Position numbers and translations under genes: made by a program | NCBI GenBank assembly: GCA_905480105.1 | Contig: CAJQPC010000071.1 | Coordinates: 55,594-119,593, forward strand | Reading direction: 5' to 3' | DNA length: 64,000 nt | Source: an uncultured bacterium | Lineage (GTDB): Bacteria > Myxococcota_A > UBA796 > CAJQPC01 | Notes under the pieces: model-generated | What the model was told of the DNA's origin: nothing | What the model saw: only the letters and a program-made list of their open reading frames with translations | The model's database searches: none | Shown here: positions 1 through 10,716 of the stretch, in pieces | Layout of the letters: each line of letters starts with the position of its first letter | Numbering within the stretch: the first letter of the stretch is position 1

Positions 1-227
1 CACGCCAGGCAAAGCGAGAGGGGGACACCCCACCCGCAGACCTGCACACCAGCGTACTCATGGAGCGACAGGGTGCTCTGAATTGGATCGCCTGCAGAAA
101 CGACGCCGACTGGGACCAGGTCGACACCCAGACCTGATGGAACACGAGCGAGACTCGGCCACAAATCAACGCTCCGACCACTCAAAACCACCCTCAGCGA
201 TCCCGCTCGCCTACCGTCCAGCTTGCA

Positions 228-917
228 TTGAGTCCCAACGTGCCCACCCCACCAGACATTCTGACCTACTACGAGCGCTTGGCGCCCACCTACGACGTGG
301 ATCGGTTTCAAAACTCCTACGGCCGCCACATCCACGCCCAGGAGACGCGTATTCTACGAGAGTTTCTGCCCGCATCAGGCCAAGTTTTGGACCTGGGGTG
401 CGGCACCGGCCGCTTCTTGGACCTGGCCACCGCAGGCACGGATCCCAGCCCAGCCATGCTGCAACAGGCGCGCATTCGTTACCCGGCACACGATCTACGT
501 CCCATGCCCACCCAAGACCTACCCTTCAAGCCCGGCACCTTCGACGCCGCCTTCAGCATGCACGTCTTTATGCACCTGAATTTGGCTAGGATACAAGCCT
601 TGCTCCAAGAGCTGCACCGGGTCGTGCGGCCAGGCGGCCACATCATTGTGGACGCACCTTCCCTGTCCCGCAGGCGACTCACACGAACACAACCCAGCGG
701 TTGGCATGGCGCGACAGCATTGGACTCTGGCCACCTGAGTGGCCTGGCAGGCCCTGGCTGGCGCTTGGTATCGGACCAGGGCATCCTGACCTTGCCCGTA
801 CACAGGTTCCCAGATTGGCTGCGCACCCCACTCCTCCCAGCCGACGAGGCCCTGTCCAAAGGCCCGCTGCGACGCCTCTCATCCTACAGAATCTACAAAT
901 TCCAAAGGTTAATGTGA
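228..917 (+). CDS. SAM-dependent class I methyltransferase
   Basis: ORF of 229 aa with methyltransferase motif I VLDLGCGTGRFLDLA and downstream VVRPGGHIIVDAPS. Confidence 0.9.
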   Translation: MSPNVPTPPDILTYYERLAPTYDVDRFQNSYGRHIHAQETRILREFLPASGQVLDLGCGTGRFLDLATAGTDPSPAMLQQARIRYPAHDLRPMPTQDLPFKPGTFDAAFSMHVFMHLNLARIQALLQELHRVVRPGGHIIVDAPSLSRRRLTRTQPSGWHGATALDSGHLSGLAGPGWRLVSDQGILTLPVHRFPDWLRTPLLPADEALSKGPLRRLSSYRIYKFQRLM

Positions 918-1627
918 GCTTCACACTGACCCTGCGGCGACACCTGCGGCAATTGCAGCGTTCTGTAGTCGATCGTCCCACGGCCTCGACTTGGCTACAA
1001 CAGAACACACCACAGACAGATTGGCTCGAACAATTACACCTTACCCAGGTCGTAAAGCCATCCTCCAGCACCGCGGCGAAGCTCAACAACATCGCTCTTG
1101 CCGCGAGTCACATCAACGACCGCGAGTGGGTGCCTGATCAGCGTTTTGTATTCTGGCACCTTGTGGGCCAACCCAGTCAGGAAAGGGGTTTCCAAGCCGG
1201 CCGCAGTCTGCTTGGAGGCGAGCTGGTCTCGGACATGGGTGGCGGACTGTGTCAGCTGGCGGGAGGAATGTATCACTTGGCCCTGCAAGCCGGCTTGGGA
1301 ATCGAGGAGCGACACAACCACAGCGTTGATCTGTACACACCGGCCACGCGCTATACCCCCCTGGGATCTGACGCTGCCGTGGCCTGGGCGTTCAAAGACC
1401 TGCGCCTAATCAATACGCTGGGTCAAAACATAGCCTGGCGAATCACCATTCGAAAAGACGCCGTACGCTTTGCACTTCACGCGGAGCACCCAATCGCGGA
1501 GTGCCCCATTCGTTTCGAACGGCTTCCGGACCTGGTTGGAGGCCGCCAAGTTCGTACCTGGCGTGCCAGGGGAGGAGCAGTGGAGCAGATCAACCACTCT
1601 ACTTACAAGTTGCCCATACAGAGCTAA
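914..1627 (+). CDS. VanW-like family protein
   Basis: Conserved FSFW-like segment RFVFWHLVGQPSQERGFQAGRSLLGGELVSDMGGGLCQLAGGMYHLALQAGLGIEERHNHS. Probable GTG start at 914 overlaps the upstream TGA (GTGA); the ORF track begins at 701. Confidence 0.75.
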   Translation: MSFTLTLRRHLRQLQRSVVDRPTASTWLQQNTPQTDWLEQLHLTQVVKPSSSTAAKLNNIALAASHINDREWVPDQRFVFWHLVGQPSQERGFQAGRSLLGGELVSDMGGGLCQLAGGMYHLALQAGLGIEERHNHSVDLYTPATRYTPLGSDAAVAWAFKDLRLINTLGQNIAWRITIRKDAVRFALHAEHPIAECPIRFERLPDLVGGRQVRTWRARGGAVEQINHSTYKLPIQS

Positions 1628-2019
1628 TCAGTTCCGAGACGAGCCAAGACACTCTCAGGCAACGCAATCAGCTTGTACTCTCTGTCCACACAAGCCAGCT
1701 CGACCTGACCGTCCACCATAGGGAACTTGCCATCGGGGCGCCAAATTTGCTGTGTGAACACCAAGCGATAATTGCTCTCCTTTTTGACCGAAGTACGCAC
1801 CTGTACCAGATCCCCAAAGCGTGCGCCCTCCTTGAACTTTAATGTAGCCTTGTACACGACAAAGCCCACACCGTCCTGGTCCCACATCCGAACCAACTCG
1901 GGCACACCCAGCAGGTGCTCACGAGCGCGCTCAAAATACTTTAGATAATTGGCGTGATAAACCACGCCCGAATGGTCGGTGTCTTCGTAATAGATCTGGA
2001 CGGGCAGGATGGTGTTCAT
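1624..2019 (-). CDS. ybgC: YbgC/4-hydroxybenzoyl-CoA-type acyl-CoA thioesterase
   Basis: Hotdog signature YYEDTDHSGVVYHANYLKYFERARE. Confidence 0.85.
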   Translation of the reverse strand: MNTILPVQIYYEDTDHSGVVYHANYLKYFERAREHLLGVPELVRMWDQDGVGFVVYKATLKFKEGARFGDLVQVRTSVKKESNYRLVFTQQIWRPDGKFPMVDGQVELACVDREYKLIALPESVLARLGTD

Positions 2020-2337
2020 CCCCGCCTATTAACGTCCCCTGGTGCATCCGTTCAACCAAGGGACAAGGACGTCCCTGATCAATGAAACTGCGCGAGCCAC
2101 TGCGGCCGCAAACACACGTGCACAGACACTCGGCGTGAACAGCGGGGGACGGTCTGGGGCGAGACCTGGACCATGGACCGCACACCTGGGCCGGGATTCC
2201 TATTCCCTGACATTTGCCGAATCGGAAGCCGAGCAGCCAGAAAGGAAGGATTTTTCGCGAACCACTGGCCCGATCCATTGTCCGGTAAAACACGGGCGGC
2301 GCTCAGGGCACCGCTCAGTGAGACACGGAGACGCGCG

Positions 2338-3630
2338 ATGTCGCTCAACAGCACTGCTCTGCCTGCAACACGGGCCCTACGAATCGGAGTCGTCCACAAA
2401 GGACGCGTGGTGCACGAGCAAGTCTTCTCAGAGTCCGAGCGCATCCGTATTGGCAGCGACCGCAACGCCGATATCGTCCTGGCGCCGGGGACAGTCCCTC
2501 GCTGCCGAACGCTGTTCAACAAGCAGGGAGATGCCTGGCAGCTCTGTCTACAGGCCCAGGATCAAGGTCGTCTCTCCAAAGGTCCCATTCGGGATCTGGC
2601 TCAGTGCATCGCCGCTGGGAAGACCCAAGTCTCTCTGGATTGCAGCGGGAAAGGCAAGATCTCCCTCGGCCAGGTCACGGTACTCTTCCAACTCATCCCT
2701 GCACCCGCCGGCCGACTGCAAGCGGGGGCATTTAGGCCACGCCTTGTGGAAGAGGATGACCCCGTCTTCTTGGGTTCACTGGCGCTGATCTCCAGCGCCG
2801 CCGCTGTGCTGATGATCTGGGTGGTTCAGCAGGAGCCCCTCGTGCGCTTGACCATCGAGGAGGTGCCGCCGCACATCGCCGAGATGATCTTTGTGCAGCC
2901 GGCCCCCAAGCCAGTCCCAGAGCTTGGGGTCCTGAGGGATCCAGAGGCGCCTGCTACAGCAGTAAAGCGGGTGGAGACGCTCGTGGTGGAGCAGCCCGAC
3001 TTAGGTATCGGCAGCTCTCCACGCAGCGCCGGAGAACGCAAAGTTCTGGCACAACAGACCGTGCACAACGCCTTAGACGTCTTCGGTCTTGGAAACCAAG
3101 GGGAGTCCAGGTTCCAAACCCTAATCTCAGACCGCGGCTCAGAGGTCGAGGACCTATTTGCAGAAAAGATAGCCAACAGTATCGGGCAGGTTCAGACCGC
3201 CACGATGGGGCCGAGTATTCGACGTGGCAGCAACAGTGAACTGACCATTGGGTCAGTGGTCCTGGAGCAGACCGAGACCCACGCCAGTCAGGTAGCCACA
3301 AACCCGGTTGTTGATGTGATGGGTCGCGCACCCAACACAGAGGAGTTGGTCACAGGCGACAACCAGGCCCTAGAAAAGCTGCTGCGTAGGCAGCTTGGTC
3401 CCGCCGTAAAGACCTGCTACGAGCAGGTGCTCAACTCGAACCCGTCTGCAGAAGGCCGCATTGAGGTGCGCTTAGAGCTCTTCGACGGTGAGGTGATGGA
3501 GCTCACCATGGTCTACAACGAGATCGCCCCCCAGATGGGCACCTGCCTGAGCCGAGCCGCCAACCGGTGGAGTTTTGGCTTGGCCGAGGGCAGCGTGGTC
3601 ATGCCCTACGTACTGAGTCACTCTGAGTAA
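2338..3630 (+). CDS. AgmX/PglI-type C-terminal domain protein with FHA-like N-terminus
   Basis: N-term IRIGSDRNADIVL resembles FHA; C-term VKTCYEQVLNSNPSAEGRIEVRLELFDGEV resembles the TonB-like AgmX/PglI C-terminal domain. ATG at 2338 chosen within the longer ORF. Confidence 0.6.
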   Translation: MSLNSTALPATRALRIGVVHKGRVVHEQVFSESERIRIGSDRNADIVLAPGTVPRCRTLFNKQGDAWQLCLQAQDQGRLSKGPIRDLAQCIAAGKTQVSLDCSGKGKISLGQVTVLFQLIPAPAGRLQAGAFRPRLVEEDDPVFLGSLALISSAAAVLMIWVVQQEPLVRLTIEEVPPHIAEMIFVQPAPKPVPELGVLRDPEAPATAVKRVETLVVEQPDLGIGSSPRSAGERKVLAQQTVHNALDVFGLGNQGESRFQTLISDRGSEVEDLFAEKIANSIGQVQTATMGPSIRRGSNSELTIGSVVLEQTETHASQVATNPVVDVMGRAPNTEELVTGDNQALEKLLRRQLGPAVKTCYEQVLNSNPSAEGRIEVRLELFDGEVMELTMVYNEIAPQMGTCLSRAANRWSFGLAEGSVVMPYVLSHSE

Positions 3631-3735
3631 TACACCGCCGCTGCTCTAATGACCGTCACCAAAGTCTTGGCCCTTTCATCGCGCCCAAACAGCCCGGTCT
3701 GGCCAGACAAGACGGCCAAGTGGCCACGTCAAGTG

Positions 3736-4173
3736 CTACCGAGACGCCTCGCCAACGACAGAAATCACAAAGCACCGGTCTGAACGTTCCAAGCCGTGCT
3801 GCGGGTCCACCCAGACAGCCACCGCTGGGCCCGCGTAGACCGCCACACGAAACTCCAAGTCCAGCTCACTCACAGATTCCATGGCCTGAGGGTCCAAGAC
3901 GAGGTGACACATCGTGAGTGAGTGCTCTCCCAGGGCATATCCCGCCTGAAACCCATCCAAGCTCGAATCCGTCTCTACCGCAGTGCGCGCCCCCCTATTC
4001 GACCCGAGCCGCTGGCTCAGTAACGACCACGCATGTTCAAACATGGTTCGCACAACAAAGGCCGGCTCCGCGAGCCAACCCAACTTCCAGCCCGCCCACC
4101 AGGTCCCATACATGGTAGCGACAACGCAGCCGAGCAGGAGCAAGTCCTGAACCATGAGATTGGGCAACGTCAC
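3736..4173 (-). CDS. hypothetical membrane-anchored protein
   Basis: 145-aa ORF with N-terminal hydrophobic segment; tightly linked to the GluQ-like gene. Confidence 0.5.
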   Translation of the reverse strand: MTLPNLMVQDLLLLGCVVATMYGTWWAGWKLGWLAEPAFVVRTMFEHAWSLLSQRLGSNRGARTAVETDSSLDGFQAGYALGEHSLTMCHLVLDPQAMESVSELDLEFRVAVYAGPAVAVWVDPQHGLERSDRCFVISVVGEASR

Positions 4174-5000
4174 GCTCTAAACCCAGGAAGAAGAGTGTTC
4201 AGATTTGGGGCTACGCAGGTCCCTCCCTGCACCTTCGACGCGTCGAATTCAGCGCCGGCCAAACCCTGGCCTTGGCAGCCCAGCAGCGGCAGCAAAGCAG
4301 CCCAGATCTGTTCTTGTGTCACCCCAGCATCCCGGAGCGCACGAATTTCTGTGCTGCCGTGGCTCTTGCTCAGCTTGCGGCCATCCGGGCCCAGGAGCAG
4401 GGGCACATGCAGCCAGCTTGGTTGTGCCCAACCCAAGTATTGATAGATCTCTACCTGCACCGCGGTAGGCTCCAGCAGGTCTCCCCCACGCACGACCTGT
4501 GTCACCCCATCCAAATAGTCGTCCAGCACGACAGCCAGTGGGTAGCCAGGCTCACCGCCACGCCGCAAAAGCACCGCGTCTTGGTCCGGAACGAAACTCT
4601 GGGGCCCTTGCGCCCTGTCCAGAAAATGTATCAATTCTTGCTTGGAGCGCAGCCGCACCGCCCCCGTCACTGATGGTGTATCCCGGTGCGAACACACTCC
4701 AGCCAAGCGCCGCTTTCGGCTGCAGTCACACCGGTAGGTCGGCAAGCCCTCAGTCCGGTAGCTACGAGTGGACTGGGCCGGAACCTCACGATCCCAGTGT
4801 AGCCCAAGCCACTCCAGATCTCGCCGCTGCCCGTCCGCGATATCCCTGCGTGACCGTCCTTGGTCCAGATCCTCCAGTCGCAGGAGCAGCTCGCCTTGCA
4901 CCGCGCGTACGGACAACCAGGCCGCACCAAAAGCCAAGGCGTTGCCCAGGTGCAGGTGCCCAGAGGGTGTGGGAGCCAAGCGACCCCGAGCGACGCCCAT
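4170..5000 (-). CDS. gluQ: glutamyl-Q tRNA(Asp) synthetase-like protein
   Basis: GRLAPTPSGHLHLGNALAF (HIGH-like), RLEDLDQGR, HVPLLLGPDGRKLSKSHGS (KMSKS-like). Start at the internal Met near 5000. Confidence 0.85.
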   Translation of the reverse strand: MGVARGRLAPTPSGHLHLGNALAFGAAWLSVRAVQGELLLRLEDLDQGRSRRDIADGQRRDLEWLGLHWDREVPAQSTRSYRTEGLPTYRCDCSRKRRLAGVCSHRDTPSVTGAVRLRSKQELIHFLDRAQGPQSFVPDQDAVLLRRGGEPGYPLAVVLDDYLDGVTQVVRGGDLLEPTAVQVEIYQYLGWAQPSWLHVPLLLGPDGRKLSKSHGSTEIRALRDAGVTQEQIWAALLPLLGCQGQGLAGAEFDASKVQGGTCVAPNLNTLLPGFRA

Positions 5001-8000
5001 CAGCGCCCGCAGCTCAGATTCGCCTGGGTGGGATGAAAGACCTCGCGGGAGAGCCCCTCGGCGGCCACGTCCTGTGGTGAGAAAGGAATGGTCAGGGCCT
5101 GGTTGCCCAGCCACAACTCCGCTTGGTCTGCGAAGTGGGGATCGCCGGCCAAGCCGCTCTGCCCACCTGGGATGATGTTTACGACTTCGACGCTGTCTTG
5201 GCCCAGTGCAACGACCATGCGGAAGACTGGCCCAGAGCCATAGTCAAAGTTGTCCGTGGAAAAGCCGTTGTTGGCAGCGTCCACCGCCAGTGTGTCTCCG
5301 TGGCGAGGGAAACCGACCAAATCGTTCCGGGGGTCGTCCCGATCCAGGTCCGGCGCAATGGGGAGCAGGTCGGTGGTGATCGAAAAGGGCTCGGTCAGGA
5401 AGGAAAAGTCGTCTCCCAAGAAGCTGGCCAGGATGCTGTCAAAGCGCACAACATGCTTCAAACCCCAGATCCAGTTCTTCATCTCGGGGCTTCCGTAACC
5501 GCCGCGCTCTCGCTCTTCGCTCTCAGACTCCAGCCAGAGGAAGGAATCGAGCAAGGCCATAAGGGCAATCTCTTGAGAGACTTCTATTTCGGTCGTGTCC
5601 TTGATGTCGAAGAAGATGGACTCGCCGGTCTCCTCGTTCCAAGCCGCCAGCTCTCCAGGATTGTTCTCACCCCTCCCATCGACCATGAGGGTCAGGGCAC
5701 GGGTGATGCCGGTGGCGCCAGTGGGCTCCCAGACATCCGGCATGCCCTCGTCGCTAAACACCATGGACTGAAAGCGGCCCATCCATGCGTTGTGGATGGT
5801 CGTCGCCACAGCCATGGTGGCCTCGTTCTCTCCCGGGGTGTGATAAAAAGTTTCCACGCCAGACAGTGCAGGATAATCGGCGTCCTTCCAAGCCTGCAGA
5901 TAAACAAGGGCCTCATCCATACGGTCTGCATCCTGCAGATACAGGTCGAGAATGCGCGCCTCGATGTCTGTGAGAGGACCGTCGGTAGACGCCAAGACTT
6001 GAGCCAGCTCGATGGACTCCACCAATACGGGGCCAAAAGCCGCGCCCAGAGAGGACTTGATGTCCCCCTGGATACTCTGCATTTCTTCAATGTCTGCGCG
6101 GTTCTCAGCGATGGCCTGGGAAAGCAGTGTATCGATGCGGTCCGCACGGTAGCCCTCGATCCAGGAGCCGCCGATGTACCACGGATCGTTGGTCAGCGAA
6201 TCGTCGGTGCTGATGTTGCCTGGGTCGTTGTTCGCGGTGAACACATACCCCTGCTCAGGGTTGAGACTCTGTGGGTACACATCCAGTGGCACCACACACT
6301 TATAGGGGTCAGACTCCCCCTCCACCACCCAACCGTCGGCCGTGGGGATCTCAAAGCCAGAGTATCGGGTGCCGTCCAGGACCTGCTGCGGATTGGAGCC
6401 CGGCAGCCAGCTGCCATCAGCGGCACGCTCCAAGTACTCACGGCAGGGAACAGCCTGGTAGCCAGTGTAGTAGATCTGGCCACTAGAGTCGGAGACCGTG
6501 AAGTTCTGACTGTAGGCCACTAGACCCAGGGTGGCCTGACGGAAGTCTTGCACGGTCTCGCTGTGACCAAATGCGTCCAGCGCCTGGAGCATGTTCCCGT
6601 TGTCCAAACCGGTATAGTCAAAGCTCAAGGCGGTCACAATGCCGTCGCCGTCTATATCCTTGGGCACCACAAAGTCGCCGCCCAACATAATCACAGTCTC
6701 ACCGGACTGTACTTCATAGTCTGCGCTAACCGCATCCCCTTCTATGTCGGCCAGCCAGCGGCCATCAAAGGTGGTGTATCTCCGCCAGATCTCGGTGCGA
6801 CCCTGAGAGTCCAGCAGCGGGATGTCGGCCACAACAAAGGACTCATCCACAGCCGAGAGAGCCTTTTGCTCCCCTTGAAAGAGGGTGGAGAGAGGCGCGC
6901 CGTCGGCATCCAGGGTGAGTTCCTCGCGATACCAATCCGTGATGTCGCCCATCAGCTGGGTCTGACTCCAGGCAACCTTTCCGTTGGTACCCACTGCCAT
7001 GTAGGGCATGCCGGGGATGGTCAGACCCAGCTGGTGGGTGTCTCCGCCGCCAAGAAGCTCGGTGTCCAGGCCCACCTGCCAAAACAGGCCCGGGATATCC
7101 AGGGCCAAATGTCCGTCACCAGCCATCAGGCTACGGCCATCCGGAGTCGCACTGCCGGCCACGGCCCAGGCGTTGGACCCAAAGCCCATGTTCCAGTCGT
7201 GGCCCAGACGCTCCTGCAGCCTGTCATTGCGGTCAGCGGCTCGGTTGAGCAGACCTGTCTCAATGCGTTGAGCATGAGGATCCGCCTTGGGACTACCACC
7301 GGGCCCTGGGGGTCCTTCCACGCCCTGCTCGTTCCAGCCTCCTTCCGACGAAGAGGCCAGCTTCGGCGGTGCGACCCGCCACCAGATGTCCTGGTATACG
7401 CCTGCTTGACGGAGTTCCGCATAGGGGGCTCCGTCAAAGAGACCCGGCAAGGTCGCTTCTGTGCGGGCCCGTCCCACGTCCCCAGTCTCGTAGCCCAGGT
7501 TGTAGATAATGGTCGCGGCCACTCCAGCCACCGAGCGCCGGTCAAAGGGCTGCATCAGATCGGTGGACTCCTCGGCCCCCAGGAAGTTGCCGGCCAGCTC
7601 CAGCTCAGAGGGGGGCGGCACCGCACCGGTGGACGCCGCCAAGATGTATGCGTTGATGCCCTCGGCATATGCATCCATCCACTCCTCTTGATCTGGAGAG
7701 AGGTTGGCGAGCACCTGCTCGGCCACAAAGGTCATGCCGCTGGAACGGCTCTCCATGTCCGACTCCAAGGCATCGTTGCCCAAGAGCTCGGAGACCGTGC
7801 CCAAGCCCAAGCGACGGGCCAGGTCGATCTCGAAGAAGCGGTCCTGAGCAGCTACAAAGCCCATCACACGTGCCAGGTCCACGCGGTCCTCGGCGTAGAT
7901 GTGCGGGACATTCGCCTCCGTTCGCACCACCTGCGCCTCGCAGCGCAGGCCCGGTAGATATCGAGAGACATCCATCGGAACGCTCTCGATGACGGGAGGC

Positions 8001-8062
8001 TCGTAGGCGGGGGGGCATCCAAGGAGGATAAGCAGCATGGGCGGTTCCTTTCCTAGCCACAC
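5000..8062 (-). CDS. penicillin acylase (amidase) family protein, lipoprotein-like N-terminus
   Basis: 1020 aa; N-term signal LLILLGC; VMGFVAAQDRFFEIDLARRLGLGTVSEL; MGFGSNAWAVAGSATPDGRSLMAGDGHLAL (catalytic-Ser-type region). Confidence 0.9.
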   Translation of the reverse strand: MWLGKEPPMLLILLGCPPAYEPPVIESVPMDVSRYLPGLRCEAQVVRTEANVPHIYAEDRVDLARVMGFVAAQDRFFEIDLARRLGLGTVSELLGNDALESDMESRSSGMTFVAEQVLANLSPDQEEWMDAYAEGINAYILAASTGAVPPPSELELAGNFLGAEESTDLMQPFDRRSVAGVAATIIYNLGYETGDVGRARTEATLPGLFDGAPYAELRQAGVYQDIWWRVAPPKLASSSEGGWNEQGVEGPPGPGGSPKADPHAQRIETGLLNRAADRNDRLQERLGHDWNMGFGSNAWAVAGSATPDGRSLMAGDGHLALDIPGLFWQVGLDTELLGGGDTHQLGLTIPGMPYMAVGTNGKVAWSQTQLMGDITDWYREELTLDADGAPLSTLFQGEQKALSAVDESFVVADIPLLDSQGRTEIWRRYTTFDGRWLADIEGDAVSADYEVQSGETVIMLGGDFVVPKDIDGDGIVTALSFDYTGLDNGNMLQALDAFGHSETVQDFRQATLGLVAYSQNFTVSDSSGQIYYTGYQAVPCREYLERAADGSWLPGSNPQQVLDGTRYSGFEIPTADGWVVEGESDPYKCVVPLDVYPQSLNPEQGYVFTANNDPGNISTDDSLTNDPWYIGGSWIEGYRADRIDTLLSQAIAENRADIEEMQSIQGDIKSSLGAAFGPVLVESIELAQVLASTDGPLTDIEARILDLYLQDADRMDEALVYLQAWKDADYPALSGVETFYHTPGENEATMAVATTIHNAWMGRFQSMVFSDEGMPDVWEPTGATGITRALTLMVDGRGENNPGELAAWNEETGESIFFDIKDTTEIEVSQEIALMALLDSFLWLESESEERERGGYGSPEMKNWIWGLKHVVRFDSILASFLGDDFSFLTEPFSITTDLLPIAPDLDRDDPRNDLVGFPRHGDTLAVDAANNGFSTDNFDYGSGPVFRMVVALGQDSVEVVNIIPGGQSGLAGDPHFADQAELWLGNQALTIPFSPQDVAAEGLSREVFHPTQANLSCGR

Positions 8063-8065
8063 GAC

Positions 8066-8404
8066 CTATCCGCCAGCACGCTCCCGCGCGAGGGCCCGCA
8101 AGGACAGGCGCCACGAGTCGACCAAGGCGTTCTTCATGCGCACCCGCCCGCGGCGCACCCGCCCTTGCGCCTCCAAAGCGCTCAAGACTTGGACCAGCGC
8201 CTGGATTCCATCCCTTCGGGCCAAGATGGGATTGTCCGGGTTCGCAGTCAGGCTTAGAGCAATATGGGGCGGCAAGCTGTCTAGGATCTGCGGCAGAGAA
8301 AACCCACCCATCGCCAACATTCTCAGCGCGGCGCCAGGGGTGCCGGGGAGAAGAACCCGCAGCAATGCGGCTTCCAGACTCGGATCGATGAAGTTAGTTT
8401 CCAC
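8066..8404 (-). CDS. hypothetical protein
   Basis: 112-aa ORF immediately upstream of the acylase gene. Confidence 0.45.
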   Translation of the reverse strand: METNFIDPSLEAALLRVLLPGTPGAALRMLAMGGFSLPQILDSLPPHIALSLTANPDNPILARRDGIQALVQVLSALEAQGRVRRGRVRMKNALVDSWRLSLRALARERAGG

Positions 8405-8407
8405 ACC

Positions 8408-10552
8408 ATGCCTATCGCTTTTCTTCTTATTGCTTGCACGTCTCCTTCGCCAACGGACTGGAAACCCGTGGACTTACTCTCTCAAGTTGACGTCTTTGTG
8501 GGCTCGGGCGGAGATGCTTTTGGGTACGGCGGCCTGACCCCGGCAGCACAGGTACCCAACGGTCTGGTCAAAGTGGGACCGGACACCAGCGCGGAGTCCA
8601 GCCGTTTCGAGTTCCAACACACCGCCGGGTACGACTTTGATGACCCCTACGTCACGGCCTTCTCTCACTATCGACTGCCCGGAATCGGCGTGGGAGACGG
8701 AGGCGGACTCGGCGTGATGTTCGCTGGGGAGAAACAGAGTGGAGATTGGGGCGAGTACCGGGCCCCTTACGCCCGAGAGGATGAACAGGCAGCACCTGGC
8801 CGATACCGACTGGCTCTTCCCGGTTTAGGCCAGGTTGAGCTGGCAGCAGCCCAACGCGGCGCCATCCATCGCTACACCTGGGAGACCGAAGAGCACTGGC
8901 TCATGGTCCATCTGGCCCACGTGGGCGGCAGCGGCACCGTGGTAGAGGAAGGTGAACTCATACAGACTGAGAGCGGACTGGAGGGCTGGCTGCGTCTAAA
9001 TGGTGGGCTGACCGGGCGCGGGGAGCAAGGCGGCGTGCCGCTCTATTTTGTCATCGACTTCTCCCAGGCCCCGGTGGAGAGCGAGCTTAGTCTGAACGGA
9101 GAGCCCGTCGAGGGCACAGTAGGCGGTCCCGGTCTGGCCAACCTGCGCTTTGAGGGCGATAGCGTGGAGCTGCGGGTGGGCCTAAGCGTGGTCGATGTGG
9201 CCGGTGCCCGAGCCAACCTGGAGGCTGACCTGGGCGAAATGAGCCTGGAGGCGCTGCAGGACCAAGCCACCGACCAGTGGCAAGCGGTCTTTGACACTGT
9301 CCAGGTCGCCGGCGGCACAGAGGAGCAGCAGGCCATCTTCGCCTCCGCGCTTTATCACGCCCGCTCCATGCCCACTTCCTATTCAGACGTGGACGGGCGA
9401 TTCCGGGGAGTAGACTCCCAGGTTCACCCTGCACGAGAGCGTCCGTTTTACAGCGACTTTAGCGGCTGGGACACCTATCGAACACTGCACCCTTGGGTGA
9501 TCTGGGTGTGGCCAGACTTGGGCACCGACTTGGCGTCCGCCATCGCGGACATGGGTCAGCAGCTGGGCTACCACCCCCGCTGGCCAGCCGGCACCACCGA
9601 GGCCGGGTCAATGGTGGGCTCCCCGCTGGAGATCGTGCTCGCCGAGTCAGCCCTGAAGGGCCTGGACTTTGAAGGGCAGGATGCCGCCTTTGAGTTGTGT
9701 GTACAACATAGCTTTGATGGCGACTTAGACGGCCAGCGGCGCCACAGCCTTCAGGACTACATCGACTATGGCTACATCCCCGTGGAGAGTGAAGATGGGA
9801 GCGTCTCCAAGACACAGGAGATGGCCATTGTGGACCACGCCATAGGGGCCTGGGCTGCTCAGCGCGGGGACACCAACGCCCAGGCCTTGTTGGCCCGTTC
9901 GGGCAACTTTGCCAACGTGCACGACCCCGACAGCAACATGGCCGCTGGCCGCATGGCTGACGGGAGTTTTATGGAGCCTGGGTTGGAGGGCTGGCCGGAT
10001 GAGTACGTCGAGGGCAACACCTACCAGTACACCTGGCTAGCGCCCCATGACGCAGCGGGCTTGGCTCAGGCCTTTGGTGGAAACCAGATCGCCGTGACCA
10101 AGCTGACGGAGCTCTTTGAACTCAGCGACGCCGCACCCGACACGGACTTTCCCGACCCCTATTATTGGCACGGGAACGAACCCGATCTACACGCCGCCTT
10201 TCTCTTTGCCGAATGGGGAAGACCTGAGCTGACCCAAGAGTGGGTGGGCTGGATTCAGGAACGCCGCTACGCCCTGGACTCGACTGGTTTGGACGGAAAC
10301 GACGATGGCGGCACGTTGAGCGCTTGGTACCTGTTTGCAGCTGTGGGCCTGTACCCGCTGAACGGCACGGACCGCTATGTGCTGACGGCGCCGCTGTTTG
10401 ACCATGTGCGAATCGGTGGCTTAGAGATTGGGGTCATGGGCCAGGGAGAGATTCAAGGGGTCATTGTCGACGGCGAGGTCTGGGAGGGGTGGACGATCTC
10501 GCACGGAGAGTTGATCCGTGCGGAGAACTTGGTGTTTGTGCTGGGAGGGTGA
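8408..10552 (+). CDS. GH92-family glycosidase (alpha-mannosidase-like), putative lipoprotein
   Basis: FVGSGGDAFGYGGLTPAAQVPNGLVKVGPDTS; YSDFSGWDTYRTLHPW; GNEPDLHAAFLFAEWGRPELTQEWV; LDGNDDGGTLSAWYLFAAVGLYPLNGTDRYVLTAPLF are typical GH92 motifs. Confidence 0.9.
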   Translation: MPIAFLLIACTSPSPTDWKPVDLLSQVDVFVGSGGDAFGYGGLTPAAQVPNGLVKVGPDTSAESSRFEFQHTAGYDFDDPYVTAFSHYRLPGIGVGDGGGLGVMFAGEKQSGDWGEYRAPYAREDEQAAPGRYRLALPGLGQVELAAAQRGAIHRYTWETEEHWLMVHLAHVGGSGTVVEEGELIQTESGLEGWLRLNGGLTGRGEQGGVPLYFVIDFSQAPVESELSLNGEPVEGTVGGPGLANLRFEGDSVELRVGLSVVDVAGARANLEADLGEMSLEALQDQATDQWQAVFDTVQVAGGTEEQQAIFASALYHARSMPTSYSDVDGRFRGVDSQVHPARERPFYSDFSGWDTYRTLHPWVIWVWPDLGTDLASAIADMGQQLGYHPRWPAGTTEAGSMVGSPLEIVLAESALKGLDFEGQDAAFELCVQHSFDGDLDGQRRHSLQDYIDYGYIPVESEDGSVSKTQEMAIVDHAIGAWAAQRGDTNAQALLARSGNFANVHDPDSNMAAGRMADGSFMEPGLEGWPDEYVEGNTYQYTWLAPHDAAGLAQAFGGNQIAVTKLTELFELSDAAPDTDFPDPYYWHGNEPDLHAAFLFAEWGRPELTQEWVGWIQERRYALDSTGLDGNDDGGTLSAWYLFAAVGLYPLNGTDRYVLTAPLFDHVRIGGLEIGVMGQGEIQGVIVDGEVWEGWTISHGELIRAENLVFVLGG

Positions 10553-10716
10553 GCTTTCGGGTCGTGCTGCGCTCCAATCAACGGGTTCCACCCTGACTCA
10601 CGTACCGGATTACTGACCCAGCACCCGGGCAACAGGGAGACACAGCGTGATGTACACCCCAGAGTCCAGGCGAACGCAATAGACCACCCCCACCCCTCTT
10701 GTACCCAGGAGCACCA

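Noticed and set aside
5123-7957. Long + strand ORFs of 466 and 469 aa opposite the penicillin acylase
   Set aside because: Shadow ORFs of a high-GC gene; the minus strand has clear family motifs throughout.
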